64,000 nt of DNA, taken from an uncultured virus (IMG/VR IMGVR_UViG_3300042292_001068) (lineage: Duplodnaviria > Heunggongvirae > Uroviricota > Caudoviricetes). Below, one piece after another: positions 39,469-48,447 of this stretch. How positions within the stretch are numbered: the stretch's first letter is position 1; each line of letters begins with the position of its first letter. The notes under the pieces were generated by a model that ran no database searches, was not told where the DNA came from, and saw only the letters and a program-made list of their open reading frames with translations. A program made the position numbers and the translations under genes. The stretch is taken from IMG/VR virus record IMGVR_UViG_3300042292_001068. The stretch is one strand, 5' to 3'.

Positions 39469-42400
39469 ATGGCGAAATCAACTAAAAGCACATATAAACC
39501 TGCTAAAAAAGGAAACTACAAACCTGTGGTTAGAATGGCAGGTGGTGGTAATGTTTCAGAATTAAATTATTCGGAACGCAGAGAATATATTGAGGAAAAT
39601 TATGCACCATTTATTACGGATGCTCAAATGATTTTTTCAATTTGGGATAGTGGTATTGAATATGACTATAAAGCCGATAGAAAAGAAGTTGTTAGTAGCA
39701 TTATTGATAGTTATAGAGAGTTAGGTGATTATACCGAATCAACTTTGCCACAGGAAACAATTTATGAAATTCAAGATTGGGATTTAGTTCGTAGAGAAAT
39801 TGACCCCGAAACTGATGAAGTAATTGGTGAAACACCATTAGAAGAATTGTCTGCTGATAATACTTATAATTTTTCTTATAACGGATTAGTTGATTTGAAT
39901 TGGCGAGTTTATCACGATGTAGATTATGACAGGTTTTTCTATGTCATTATGCCACATTTAGGGGGCGATATTCGTGGTAATTATGGCGATGCTATTATTC
40001 TTGAAGGAAATGATAAAGATGAATTGTTTTATCGTTTCTACGAAGGATTTATTAGTGGTGGTGCAAGTATTTATATTAAGTTCAAAGATGGTAGTGAAAT
40101 CGGATTTGATTCTGAACAAGATAGTGATGTATTTTATTTCCGTGTAAGTGAAAGTTTTGAGCCAACAGGAATGGCACAAAAATACTTAAATGATTTTGAG
40201 CAATTTGAATCTTGGCAAGGCGATGAATTTTTAGAAGAAACTATTGATATTTATTTAGCACGAAAAGGTGTTGCACCGAAAATGATGGCAGGTGGTAGTT
40301 TGAATGATGAAACTCCAATGGCTTATATTCAAATTCTTGGTTACGATGAAGGACAATGGTTTAATTTAACGGATTATTCTGATGGACAAGATGTAATTGA
40401 TGGCATTTTCGATTTTATGAACGAATTAAATAATCAATTCGGTGGTAATCGTGAAGAATTTGAAGTTACAGATTACGAAGGTTTTGGTGATGATTTGTAT
40501 GACCGATATATGGGTGCAAATGAATTTGAAGAAATTATTGAAGCATACGAAAAATATGAAAGTTCTGATTTCCCTGCCGATGTAATTAGTGCATATAAAA
40601 ATGATTCGGGTAGTGGAAGTAATTCTTTATCTGATGTTATTGATGAAATGGATAATAACTATTTCGGTAAATACGATAACTTAACTGATTTCGGTTACGA
40701 AATGGTTCAGCAAGGTGTTTATGAGCCATCTGATAATGATGTTTATATTACTGACACAGATAAACGAATTATTGCAGGTGAAGAATCTGATTCTTTGGTG
40801 AATGATATGTCATTTGAAGATTTAATGAATATCGCACCCGATACACAATCTGAATATGATGATGAAAAATCGGAATTAGAAGATAAGATTGTAGAAATAC
40901 AAGAAGAAATTAAGGATTTAACTTCTTTACTTAACGATGCCGAAGATGACGATGAATATGAAAGGATTTCAGATGAAATTGAATCAAAAGAAATTGATTT
41001 AGAAGATGCTGAAAATTCTTATGTTGATATTGATAGCCGTTTTGAAGATAAAGCGAGAGAAGAAGCGAGAGATTCTATTTACGATGAAATATACGATAAA
41101 TTAGAAAATGATTTAAGTTCTTGGTTAGAAGAATATGGATATACAAGTGAATTACAGAATTTATCTTTTTTAAGTGTTGATTACGAAAACATAGGTGATT
41201 ACTTATCTTCTGATTATTTAATTGTTGAGTACGATGGTGAAATGTATTTCTTCAACAACTATGCAAAAGGTGGTAGAATTACGGCATCTAAAAGAAAACC
41301 TAAATATGCTTTTTACATTGTAGAAAGTAGCACCAAAAAATTGGTTTCGGGTTATTCGACAAAAGCAGAAGCAACGGAACAAAGAAAATTACTTGTTCAG
41401 CAATATCCTTCAATGCGATTTGAAATTTATCCATTGGCTAATTTGGAAGCAAAAACTGATTTAGATGTTTACGCTAAAAAAGATTATGTTGAATTAAGCA
41501 CACTTGATAAAATTAAAAAGGTTTCTGTTGATGCTTACCGATACGGACAAGAAAAAGTAGGACAAGCACAAATGTTCTTGGAAAAGAATGATGTTAAAAG
41601 CAAAATTAAGCGTGGTGCAAGAAAAGTTGCTGATAAAACTAAACAAGGTGTTAATTGGTTAAGAAATAAATGGTTAGAAGCCGACTTTGGTGATGGTACA
41701 GGTCGTGCAAAGTTCTTTGCTGATGGTGGTGGCGTTGGAATACATTTTAAAAACTTCACAATAGATGAATTTAAGTCATTTGTAAAATCAATAAATCCTT
41801 ATGGAGATATTGAAGTATCAGTAAGTGTAGGTAATAATGTTAATACAGAAGGAACTTATACAAAAAAGATTGAATCAAAAAAAATAAAAGATTTATCCTT
41901 GTCAATAGGTGATGGAAAAGAAATTAGCGTTCATACAGGTTCAGAAAATATATATGCTGATGTTCTTGTTTATGATAATAATTATGATAAAGGATATAAA
42001 GAATATACTATTTCTTTGTTTTCCAAAGATGATAGAGAGGGTTTAAAATCTATTGTAAATTCCATAATTAAAAAATTCGCTTATGGTGGTGTTTCATATC
42101 GTAGTAGAGATATAGACAAGATTAAAGTTGGAGATATTGTTCAATACGCAAATTCAAATACTGAATATGAAGCAGAAGTAATTGATATAAATTATGATAG
42201 CCAATATAAGGCATTATCAAGTGTTACAATTAAATGGCTTGATAACGGAAAAATTGAAGATGCTTATTTGCAAGATTTAATGCTTTCAAAAGGTAATAAA
42301 TTCGCTGATGGTGGTGAATTGTATGATATGTCGTTACCAATGGGTTTTTATGTAAAAATAAATCCACACTATACTGCGACAATTCGTAATCTTAAATCTT

Positions 42401-44619
42401 TTGAAAGTTATTTGGAAAGAAAAGATGAATTATGGGGTAAAGAATTTGGTGAAATAACTAATGTAGATAAATCTGCAAGTAAAGAATGGGTTTCTGAATT
42501 AAATAGATTAATTGAAAAAAAGAAATCCGAACTCGAAAATAAAGGAACAGGTAATTATAAAGTTGGTGATGAAATAACTCTTTGGAGAAATCAAGCCGAT
42601 AGAGATGGATATGTAATTGCCGTTTATAATAATGAAATATTAGTTGAATATGAAATGCCTAATGGTACAACTGCATTAAATATAATTGATTTAACTCTAC
42701 CCGAATACGATAAATATAATTATACAAAAAATTATACGACAATATCTTATGAGAAGGCAAGGTTATCAAAAAAATGGGGTAATAAAATTGATGCAAGTAG
42801 ATTAATTAATAATCCACAAGGTTCTGCAAAGAGATACAATAATGGTGGAATGGCAGGTTTAGGTGAAGTTTCGGGTATGTTACCTAATCCACTACCAATG
42901 TCCACTATTACGCCAATGGCAAATGGTGGTAGTGTTCAATCCGAAATTGTTTATCTTGATAATAGGATTTATAATCTTGAAGAATTAGTTGAACGAATTA
43001 ATGAGGATGAAAAACCCGAAATGTATGCGACAATTAATAAATTAAAAAAAGAGAGAGAGCATCTTATAAAAAGGGGAAATAACCCCGAAGAAGTAAAACC
43101 TAAAAAATCATTTTTTGGTTTATTCGCCAAAGGTGGTGAAATGAAATTACCAAAAGATAATTCGAGAGTTCATTTTAAGGATGACCAAAATAAAGAATAC
43201 GATGGAATTTTTGTTGCAGAAGGTAACGGCAATCCAAGTATGTTTTTAATTGGTTTTGGACAAGGTGCTTCTGATTTCCGTTTTGCTATGGAAGTTGTTG
43301 ATTGGCATTATTTAGATAAAAAACATAATCACGATGCACACGCAAAACACGAAGCATCTGAAACGGCAGAAGAAGAAAAAGCCGAACACGAATACGATGT
43401 TTACGACAATAAAAGAATGTTGGAAAATCAAGCAAATGAAATTGAACATCATTCAGAAGAATTAAGTGAACAAGTAAAAAACACAAAAAAAGTACCTGCT
43501 TGGGTTATTGCTAAAATGGAAAGAGCAACAACTGATTTAAGCGATATTACGCACTATTTAGATGGTGAGAATAAAATGGCAAATGGTGGAAATGTAGGAG
43601 AGGTTAAATACGAAGTATTACCACATATTAATAAATTCATTGTTGCCAAAGTAACTTACAAGCAACACGAAGATTATACATATCCATCGAAAGATTTTAT
43701 TTACGGATTTGATGGTAAATTTCTTGAATTTAATGATATGAAATCTGCTCAAAAATTCATAGATAACATTGAACCAAAATATCCATACGGAATACCAAAA
43801 GCAAATGTAGGAATGTTGTTAATGGCTTCTCAATTAATGCAACAAAAACAACAACAACAACAACAACCACAACAACCACAGGTAGTTTATTATGTTCCAC
43901 AACCACAACCACAACCACAACCACAACCAATACCACAAGAACTACAAAATACAGGTATAGTTCAAAACATACCCGAAATGGCAAGTGGTGGGGATGTCGG
44001 ATATGACGATGAATTAATAAATGATTTTTGTATGACTAATTTAATTGAACTCGCTAATGAATTGCAGTCGGTTAAATATTATGTAACACATAGATTTAAA
44101 GAAACTGATTTTGAATCAAAAAATTACAAAGGAAGATTAGTAATTGTTTTCAAAGAATCTGCATCTGTAAATGTCATAGAATCTATTACTAAATTTGTTG
44201 AAAGAGCCGAAGATTGCCATCATCTTTTTGAGCAATCTGTAAATGTTTCGGGAAGTGAACCTAATTCAATTTCTATTAATTTATTATCTGATAAATTTTC
44301 AGATAGAGAATTTGGTAAAGGTGGTAAGGTATATGATTATGCACCAAAAAAAATTAATCTTGCCAAGACAAAAAAAATCACAACTCATATAGGAGATTTT
44401 AATTTAGGTCTTATTACAAATGATTTTGTTTATTTTGTAAATGTAGAAGAAGGTGATGACAATGGAAATACAATTATGTATAATAAAAATGGTGAATTAT
44501 TAAGCGATAACATTCACGCTACAAATGATTTATTTGAAACATTGGAAAATCAAAGTAAATTTGAGTTTATTCATCCCGATTTAGAGAAATATAGACAAGA
44601 AATTTTAAAAGGAAATTAA
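39469..44619 (+). CDS. Polyvalent protein 4 including an ArdA-like antirestriction unit
   Basis: ATG 39469; EGQWFNL..EEFEVTDYE..YFGKYD..DFGYE..VDYENIG.YL; 12 xxxGG junctions. Confidence 0.85.
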   Translation: MAKSTKSTYKPAKKGNYKPVVRMAGGGNVSELNYSERREYIEENYAPFITDAQMIFSIWDSGIEYDYKADRKEVVSSIIDSYRELGDYTESTLPQETIYEIQDWDLVRREIDPETDEVIGETPLEELSADNTYNFSYNGLVDLNWRVYHDVDYDRFFYVIMPHLGGDIRGNYGDAIILEGNDKDELFYRFYEGFISGGASIYIKFKDGSEIGFDSEQDSDVFYFRVSESFEPTGMAQKYLNDFEQFESWQGDEFLEETIDIYLARKGVAPKMMAGGSLNDETPMAYIQILGYDEGQWFNLTDYSDGQDVIDGIFDFMNELNNQFGGNREEFEVTDYEGFGDDLYDRYMGANEFEEIIEAYEKYESSDFPADVISAYKNDSGSGSNSLSDVIDEMDNNYFGKYDNLTDFGYEMVQQGVYEPSDNDVYITDTDKRIIAGEESDSLVNDMSFEDLMNIAPDTQSEYDDEKSELEDKIVEIQEEIKDLTSLLNDAEDDDEYERISDEIESKEIDLEDAENSYVDIDSRFEDKAREEARDSIYDEIYDKLENDLSSWLEEYGYTSELQNLSFLSVDYENIGDYLSSDYLIVEYDGEMYFFNNYAKGGRITASKRKPKYAFYIVESSTKKLVSGYSTKAEATEQRKLLVQQYPSMRFEIYPLANLEAKTDLDVYAKKDYVELSTLDKIKKVSVDAYRYGQEKVGQAQMFLEKNDVKSKIKRGARKVADKTKQGVNWLRNKWLEADFGDGTGRAKFFADGGGVGIHFKNFTIDEFKSFVKSINPYGDIEVSVSVGNNVNTEGTYTKKIESKKIKDLSLSIGDGKEISVHTGSENIYADVLVYDNNYDKGYKEYTISLFSKDDREGLKSIVNSIIKKFAYGGVSYRSRDIDKIKVGDIVQYANSNTEYEAEVIDINYDSQYKALSSVTIKWLDNGKIEDAYLQDLMLSKGNKFADGGELYDMSLPMGFYVKINPHYTATIRNLKSFESYLERKDELWGKEFGEITNVDKSASKEWVSELNRLIEKKKSELENKGTGNYKVGDEITLWRNQADRDGYVIAVYNNEILVEYEMPNGTTALNIIDLTLPEYDKYNYTKNYTTISYEKARLSKKWGNKIDASRLINNPQGSAKRYNNGGMAGLGEVSGMLPNPLPMSTITPMANGGSVQSEIVYLDNRIYNLEELVERINEDEKPEMYATINKLKKEREHLIKRGNNPEEVKPKKSFFGLFAKGGEMKLPKDNSRVHFKDDQNKEYDGIFVAEGNGNPSMFLIGFGQGASDFRFAMEVVDWHYLDKKHNHDAHAKHEASETAEEEKAEHEYDVYDNKRMLENQANEIEHHSEELSEQVKNTKKVPAWVIAKMERATTDLSDITHYLDGENKMANGGNVGEVKYEVLPHINKFIVAKVTYKQHEDYTYPSKDFIYGFDGKFLEFNDMKSAQKFIDNIEPKYPYGIPKANVGMLLMASQLMQQKQQQQQQPQQPQVVYYVPQPQPQPQPQPIPQELQNTGIVQNIPEMASGGDVGYDDELINDFCMTNLIELANELQSVKYYVTHRFKETDFESKNYKGRLVIVFKESASVNVIESITKFVERAEDCHHLFEQSVNVSGSEPNSISINLLSDKFSDREFGKGGKVYDYAPKKINLAKTKKITTHIGDFNLGLITNDFVYFVNVEEGDDNGNTIMYNKNGELLSDNIHATNDLFETLENQSKFEFIHPDLEKYRQEILKGN

Positions 44620-44629
44620 AATAATAAAT

Positions 44630-45604
44630 ATGAATTTCAGAAATTTACAGGCAGGAACAACAATTAAATTCTACAATAATTGGTCTGACCAATATATGAT
44701 TGGAGAAATTATCAGCGAAAAAAATAGTGGCTATCAAGTTGCAATTAAAAGTCGTGTGGCAAATAGCATATTTGTTGAATCTAATGACATTGTTGATGTA
44801 ATTGATAAACAAAGAAAATTTGAACCTGTTATTGAAGAAATTATTGAAGAACAACCATTAGTTGAAGAAATAATTATTGAAGAACAACCAATAGTAGAGG
44901 AAATAATTATTGAAGAAGAACCAATAGTTGAAGAAGAACCAATAGTTGAAGAAGAACCAATAGTTGAAGAAATCGTAGAAGTAAAAGAACCTGTATTTAA
45001 AGGATTATTTGCCGATGGGGGAACAACTAATTCAAGAATAAGAGAAGGACTTCCTAATGAATTAACTATTTTCGTTCCATTATTTAATGCGAATGGTGAA
45101 CCTGCATCTGATAACGAAATTGAAAATAGAGTTGATGATGTAAAAGATTTCTTAAAAAGAAATTTTGGCGAATTTGTAGTTCAAGATATGGGTAGTAGTT
45201 ATATTGACCGAGAAGGCAATTTAATTATGCGTAAAACTATTCAAATTACGGCTTATCCTTCCGATTCAGAATTTAATAATCACAAGCAACAACTTATCAA
45301 TCAACTATCCCTTTGGGCAAGTGAATGGGGGCAAGATTTTATGATTTTAGAATATGAAGATGAAATCTTTTTTATTTTAGGATTGAATGATATGATGAAA
45401 CAAGGCGGAGAACTTTGGATTCAAGATGCCGTTTCTCAAATGAAGAAAAAAGGAACTATCGGTGCTTTCACTAAACAAGCAAAAAGAGAAGGTTTAACAC
45501 CTATCGCTTTCGCTAAAAAAGTATTGAATAATCCCAAAGGATATACCCTTAAAACAAGAAGAAGGGCGAATTTTGTAAGAAATGTAAATCCCGATAAATT
45601 TTAA
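44630..45604 (+). CDS. Small polyvalent protein 5 (EEPIV repeats, ferredoxin/SAM-lyase-like unit, basic C-terminal unit)
   Basis: FADGG and MKQGG junctions delimit three units. Confidence 0.75.
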   Translation: MNFRNLQAGTTIKFYNNWSDQYMIGEIISEKNSGYQVAIKSRVANSIFVESNDIVDVIDKQRKFEPVIEEIIEEQPLVEEIIIEEQPIVEEIIIEEEPIVEEEPIVEEEPIVEEIVEVKEPVFKGLFADGGTTNSRIREGLPNELTIFVPLFNANGEPASDNEIENRVDDVKDFLKRNFGEFVVQDMGSSYIDREGNLIMRKTIQITAYPSDSEFNNHKQQLINQLSLWASEWGQDFMILEYEDEIFFILGLNDMMKQGGELWIQDAVSQMKKKGTIGAFTKQAKREGLTPIAFAKKVLNNPKGYTLKTRRRANFVRNVNPDKF

Positions 45605-45606
45605 TT

Positions 45607-45795
45607 ATGAATATTTCAGAAAATCAATCAAGAAACCTGTATGCGTTTTTTACAATTCTATTCGCAGTAAATGTCGGGTACACCATTTGGAATTTTCACG
45701 AATCACGCAAGTTGCGAATGATTCAACAACAGATTGCCGAACAACAACTTAATGAAATTAAAAACGGCAAAAAGAAGGAAGAAAACCCTGCTTAA
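45607..45795 (+). CDS. Small single-TM protein
   Basis: LYAFFTILFAVNVGYTIW. Confidence 0.65.
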   Translation: MNISENQSRNLYAFFTILFAVNVGYTIWNFHESRKLRMIQQQIAEQQLNEIKNGKKKEENPA

Positions 45796-45838
45796 ATAAA
45801 ATTGACAAAAAAAATATAACATTGACAAATATATTTTC

Positions 45839-45846
45839 TATATTTG
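45839..45846 (+). promoter_or_regulatory. Bacteroidota-type -7 promoter box TATATTTG within an inverted repeat
   Basis: ACAAATATA (45825-45833) and TATATTTGT (45839-45847). Confidence 0.5.
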
Positions 45847-45851
45847 TTCCA

Positions 45852-46067
45852 ATGAATCTATTAATTAACTTTTTTCGTTTTGTGATTCTGACAATAATTG
45901 TCCTTCCTTTGTGGGTTTTAACCTGCTTGGCAGAATTTTTTATTGCTATTATTTTGCATTATCTGTTTTCCCACAAACAAATTACACAAGAAAGGTATCG
46001 CAACAATATGAAAAAAATATTTATGGATTCCAAAAATGATGTTATTTCAATTTTTTATTATTACTAA
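45852..46067 (+). CDS. Small hydrophobic membrane protein
   Basis: Long hydrophobic N-terminal half; ATG 45852. Confidence 0.5.
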   Translation: MNLLINFFRFVILTIIVLPLWVLTCLAEFFIAIILHYLFSHKQITQERYRNNMKKIFMDSKNDVISIFYYY

Positions 46068-46081
46068 TTAAACAAATAAAT

Positions 46082-46651
46082 ATGAGTGTAGATAAATTAA
46101 GAGTATTTCACGAAGAACTCTTGCAAGAAGAAGAAGTTAAGGTATCTGAATTGCCAACTGAAATTCAACAAAGAATCAGAGGATTTAATTTAATGAGAAA
46201 AAAATTACAGAATAATCCCGATGATGAAAAATTGTTTGTTCAAATACAAAAACAAGCCGTTAAACTTGGGGATGATGTTCAGAATTTCATTGAGAATGAT
46301 TACGAAGATTCTGATAACGATGACGATGAAAACGATGACAACGATGACAAAGAAGTAAAGCGTGGTAAACCTGCTTCTTCCAAAAGTAATCAAAATAGAC
46401 CTACTTCATCTAAAAGTAATCAAAACAACGATGATAAATCTTCTAACCAAAAACCAACGGCAAGTGGTAAGTTTGGAAATTCTATGATGGAGAAAAAAGT
46501 TATGTCCATTGTGCAATCAAGGGGAGATAACCGAATTAGAATTACTGATTTGGAATCTATTATTGGAAAAGAACCCGATTATCCCGAACAACAAGTTAAT
46601 AATATTAAATTGAGAAAAGTATTTCTTTCAAGTGATTACAGATTAGTGTAA
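46082..46651 (+). CDS. Hypothetical protein with acidic/low-complexity linker
   Basis: 189 aa ORF. Confidence 0.7.
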   Translation: MSVDKLRVFHEELLQEEEVKVSELPTEIQQRIRGFNLMRKKLQNNPDDEKLFVQIQKQAVKLGDDVQNFIENDYEDSDNDDDENDDNDDKEVKRGKPASSKSNQNRPTSSKSNQNNDDKSSNQKPTASGKFGNSMMEKKVMSIVQSRGDNRIRITDLESIIGKEPDYPEQQVNNIKLRKVFLSSDYRLV

Positions 46652-46652
46652 A

Positions 46653-47120
46653 ATGATAAATCAAGTTGAAATATTAGAATTTTTTAAGGAAGTTCAAAGG
46701 GTAATCTCAAAACACGGATTACAAAAAGTGCTTTCGTCATTAAGAAAAATACAAAATGATTTTGACAATACGATTGAAAGAGAAATTTTTGATTTTATTT
46801 TAACAGAAACGGCTAAACATTACAATATAGAAATTAATGATATTCTTAATTCTAAAAAGCGTGGTGTAATTAGTGAAGCAAGGAGAATGTCATTTGCTTT
46901 AATGAAAGAGCATTTGCCATTTACTGATGAAGAAATAGGTTACTATTTTGGTGGAAGGTCAAGACAATATGTAAATAAAGAATTGACAAGTTTACCAATT
47001 AATCAAGACAATTTATGGAAAAAAAGAGATGTAAAATTTCTTGAAGATTTTATGGTTCTAACAAAGGGTGTTTTGAATTTTAAAAATGAGTATAATTTGA
47101 ATAATAAAATTGAACAATAA
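46653..47120 (+). CDS. DnaA domain-IV-like HTH DNA-binding protein
   Basis: AKHYNIEINDILNSKKRGVISEARRMSFALMKE...EEIGYYFGGR resembles Bac_DnaA_C. Confidence 0.7.
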   Translation: MINQVEILEFFKEVQRVISKHGLQKVLSSLRKIQNDFDNTIEREIFDFILTETAKHYNIEINDILNSKKRGVISEARRMSFALMKEHLPFTDEEIGYYFGGRSRQYVNKELTSLPINQDNLWKKRDVKFLEDFMVLTKGVLNFKNEYNLNNKIEQ

Positions 47121-48442
47121 TGAGTAAATTTTGGTTTTTTGATAGAAAAGGCAGACCTACTTCCAACGAAAAAAGAATTTGTGATAAATTTAATTCATTT
47201 ATTGATGGTGGAAGCGTTAGCAAAAATCAAGTAGAAGAATATCTTGAAGAATATGGAAAGCCAATGAATGAAAGTGAGTTGGAAGAAATGTTTGGTTTTT
47301 TAACAGGTAAGGATTCCAACGGAAAAGAATACGAATATGCAGATGATTCAGATGAAGATTTCGATGATTCAGATGAAGATTTCGATGATGATAGCGTAGA
47401 ATTTGAAGAAGTAAATAATCAATCAAAATCATCCACTAATTCAGTTAATTTTAATCCATTTGAAGAACCTGTTGTTGAAAGAAGTTACACAAAAGGTTTT
47501 CAACCAAAATCTCAAAGTGAAGATGATGATTCGGATTCGGATGATGATAATTCTTCTGATGATAACGAAAAAGGTTTTTCTGATGAAGATTTGAAAATGC
47601 CGAAAGATGGTGAAAGCATTGTTGATGAAGATGAAGATGAAGATATTCCCGAACCCGAATGGGCAAATACAGGTGGTTTTAGTGGTGGTTCAGATGATGA
47701 TGAAGATGATGAAGATTATGACGATGACGATGAAGATGACGATGGTGGAAAACTTGGTGGCGATAACCTACAAGATTTAACACCTGCACAAAAAAGAAAG
47801 TCAGCAGAAAAAACGGCAGAAGCATTATTAAATATGTATTGCCAATTCGTTCCTATGCCATTTATTAAATGGTCAAGTTTTAGTGAGGGCAAAATACAGA
47901 AAATGGTATTTGAAAACAAAGTTGATTTATCAATGCAGTTGGAGAATAATGTTTCTGTTAAAGATTATATTGATGGTGTAAATGAACAAGCACAGGAAGT
48001 ATTTAAAGTTTCCGATGAAACAAAAGAGGAAATTAAAGACCCATTAATTGATGTATTACTCGAACAAGATTTAGCATTAACACCTACACAACGGCTTATG
48101 TTGGCAGTTGGTGGACACTTGGTAACTATGGGATTCTCTGCTTTTCAATTAGCACAGAATAATAAACAGGCACTTGAAACATTTGAAAAATTCCATATTC
48201 AGATGAACCAACAAAAAGCACCTGTATATCAAGAACAACAACAACAAAAACAAAAAAAGAATCCAAGACCAAGACCACAAGATAATTTATCAAAAGTCGA
48301 AAAAGAATCAGTAGAAGAATTAATGCGACAAATGGTTGATAATTCAGATGAAGATAATGATTACGATGAAGATGATGATATTATTGATGCAGAACACGAC
48401 CCAAGTGTTGAAGTAAGTGATGATTACGGAGATGATGATTAA
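47120..48442 (+). CDS. Highly acidic protein with C-terminal hydrophobic helix, upstream of packaging ATPase
   Basis: Long D/E tracts; LMLAVGGHLVTMGFSAF segment. Confidence 0.7.
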   Translation: MSKFWFFDRKGRPTSNEKRICDKFNSFIDGGSVSKNQVEEYLEEYGKPMNESELEEMFGFLTGKDSNGKEYEYADDSDEDFDDSDEDFDDDSVEFEEVNNQSKSSTNSVNFNPFEEPVVERSYTKGFQPKSQSEDDDSDSDDDNSSDDNEKGFSDEDLKMPKDGESIVDEDEDEDIPEPEWANTGGFSGGSDDDEDDEDYDDDDEDDDGGKLGGDNLQDLTPAQKRKSAEKTAEALLNMYCQFVPMPFIKWSSFSEGKIQKMVFENKVDLSMQLENNVSVKDYIDGVNEQAQEVFKVSDETKEEIKDPLIDVLLEQDLALTPTQRLMLAVGGHLVTMGFSAFQLAQNNKQALETFEKFHIQMNQQKAPVYQEQQQQKQKKNPRPRPQDNLSKVEKESVEELMRQMVDNSDEDNDYDEDDDIIDAEHDPSVEVSDDYGDDD

Positions 48443-48447
48443 AATTT

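Noticed and set aside
43840..44975. CAA/CCA and GAAGAACCAATAGTT tandem repeats
   Set aside because: Low-complexity coding linkers (polyQ/QP, EEPIV), not DNA elements
12011..45604. GG motifs as ubiquitin-like C-termini for conjugation
   Set aside because: No beta-grasp domains or E1/E2/JAB genes recognised in the window; cleavage or tagging is the simpler reading, though conjugation cannot be excluded
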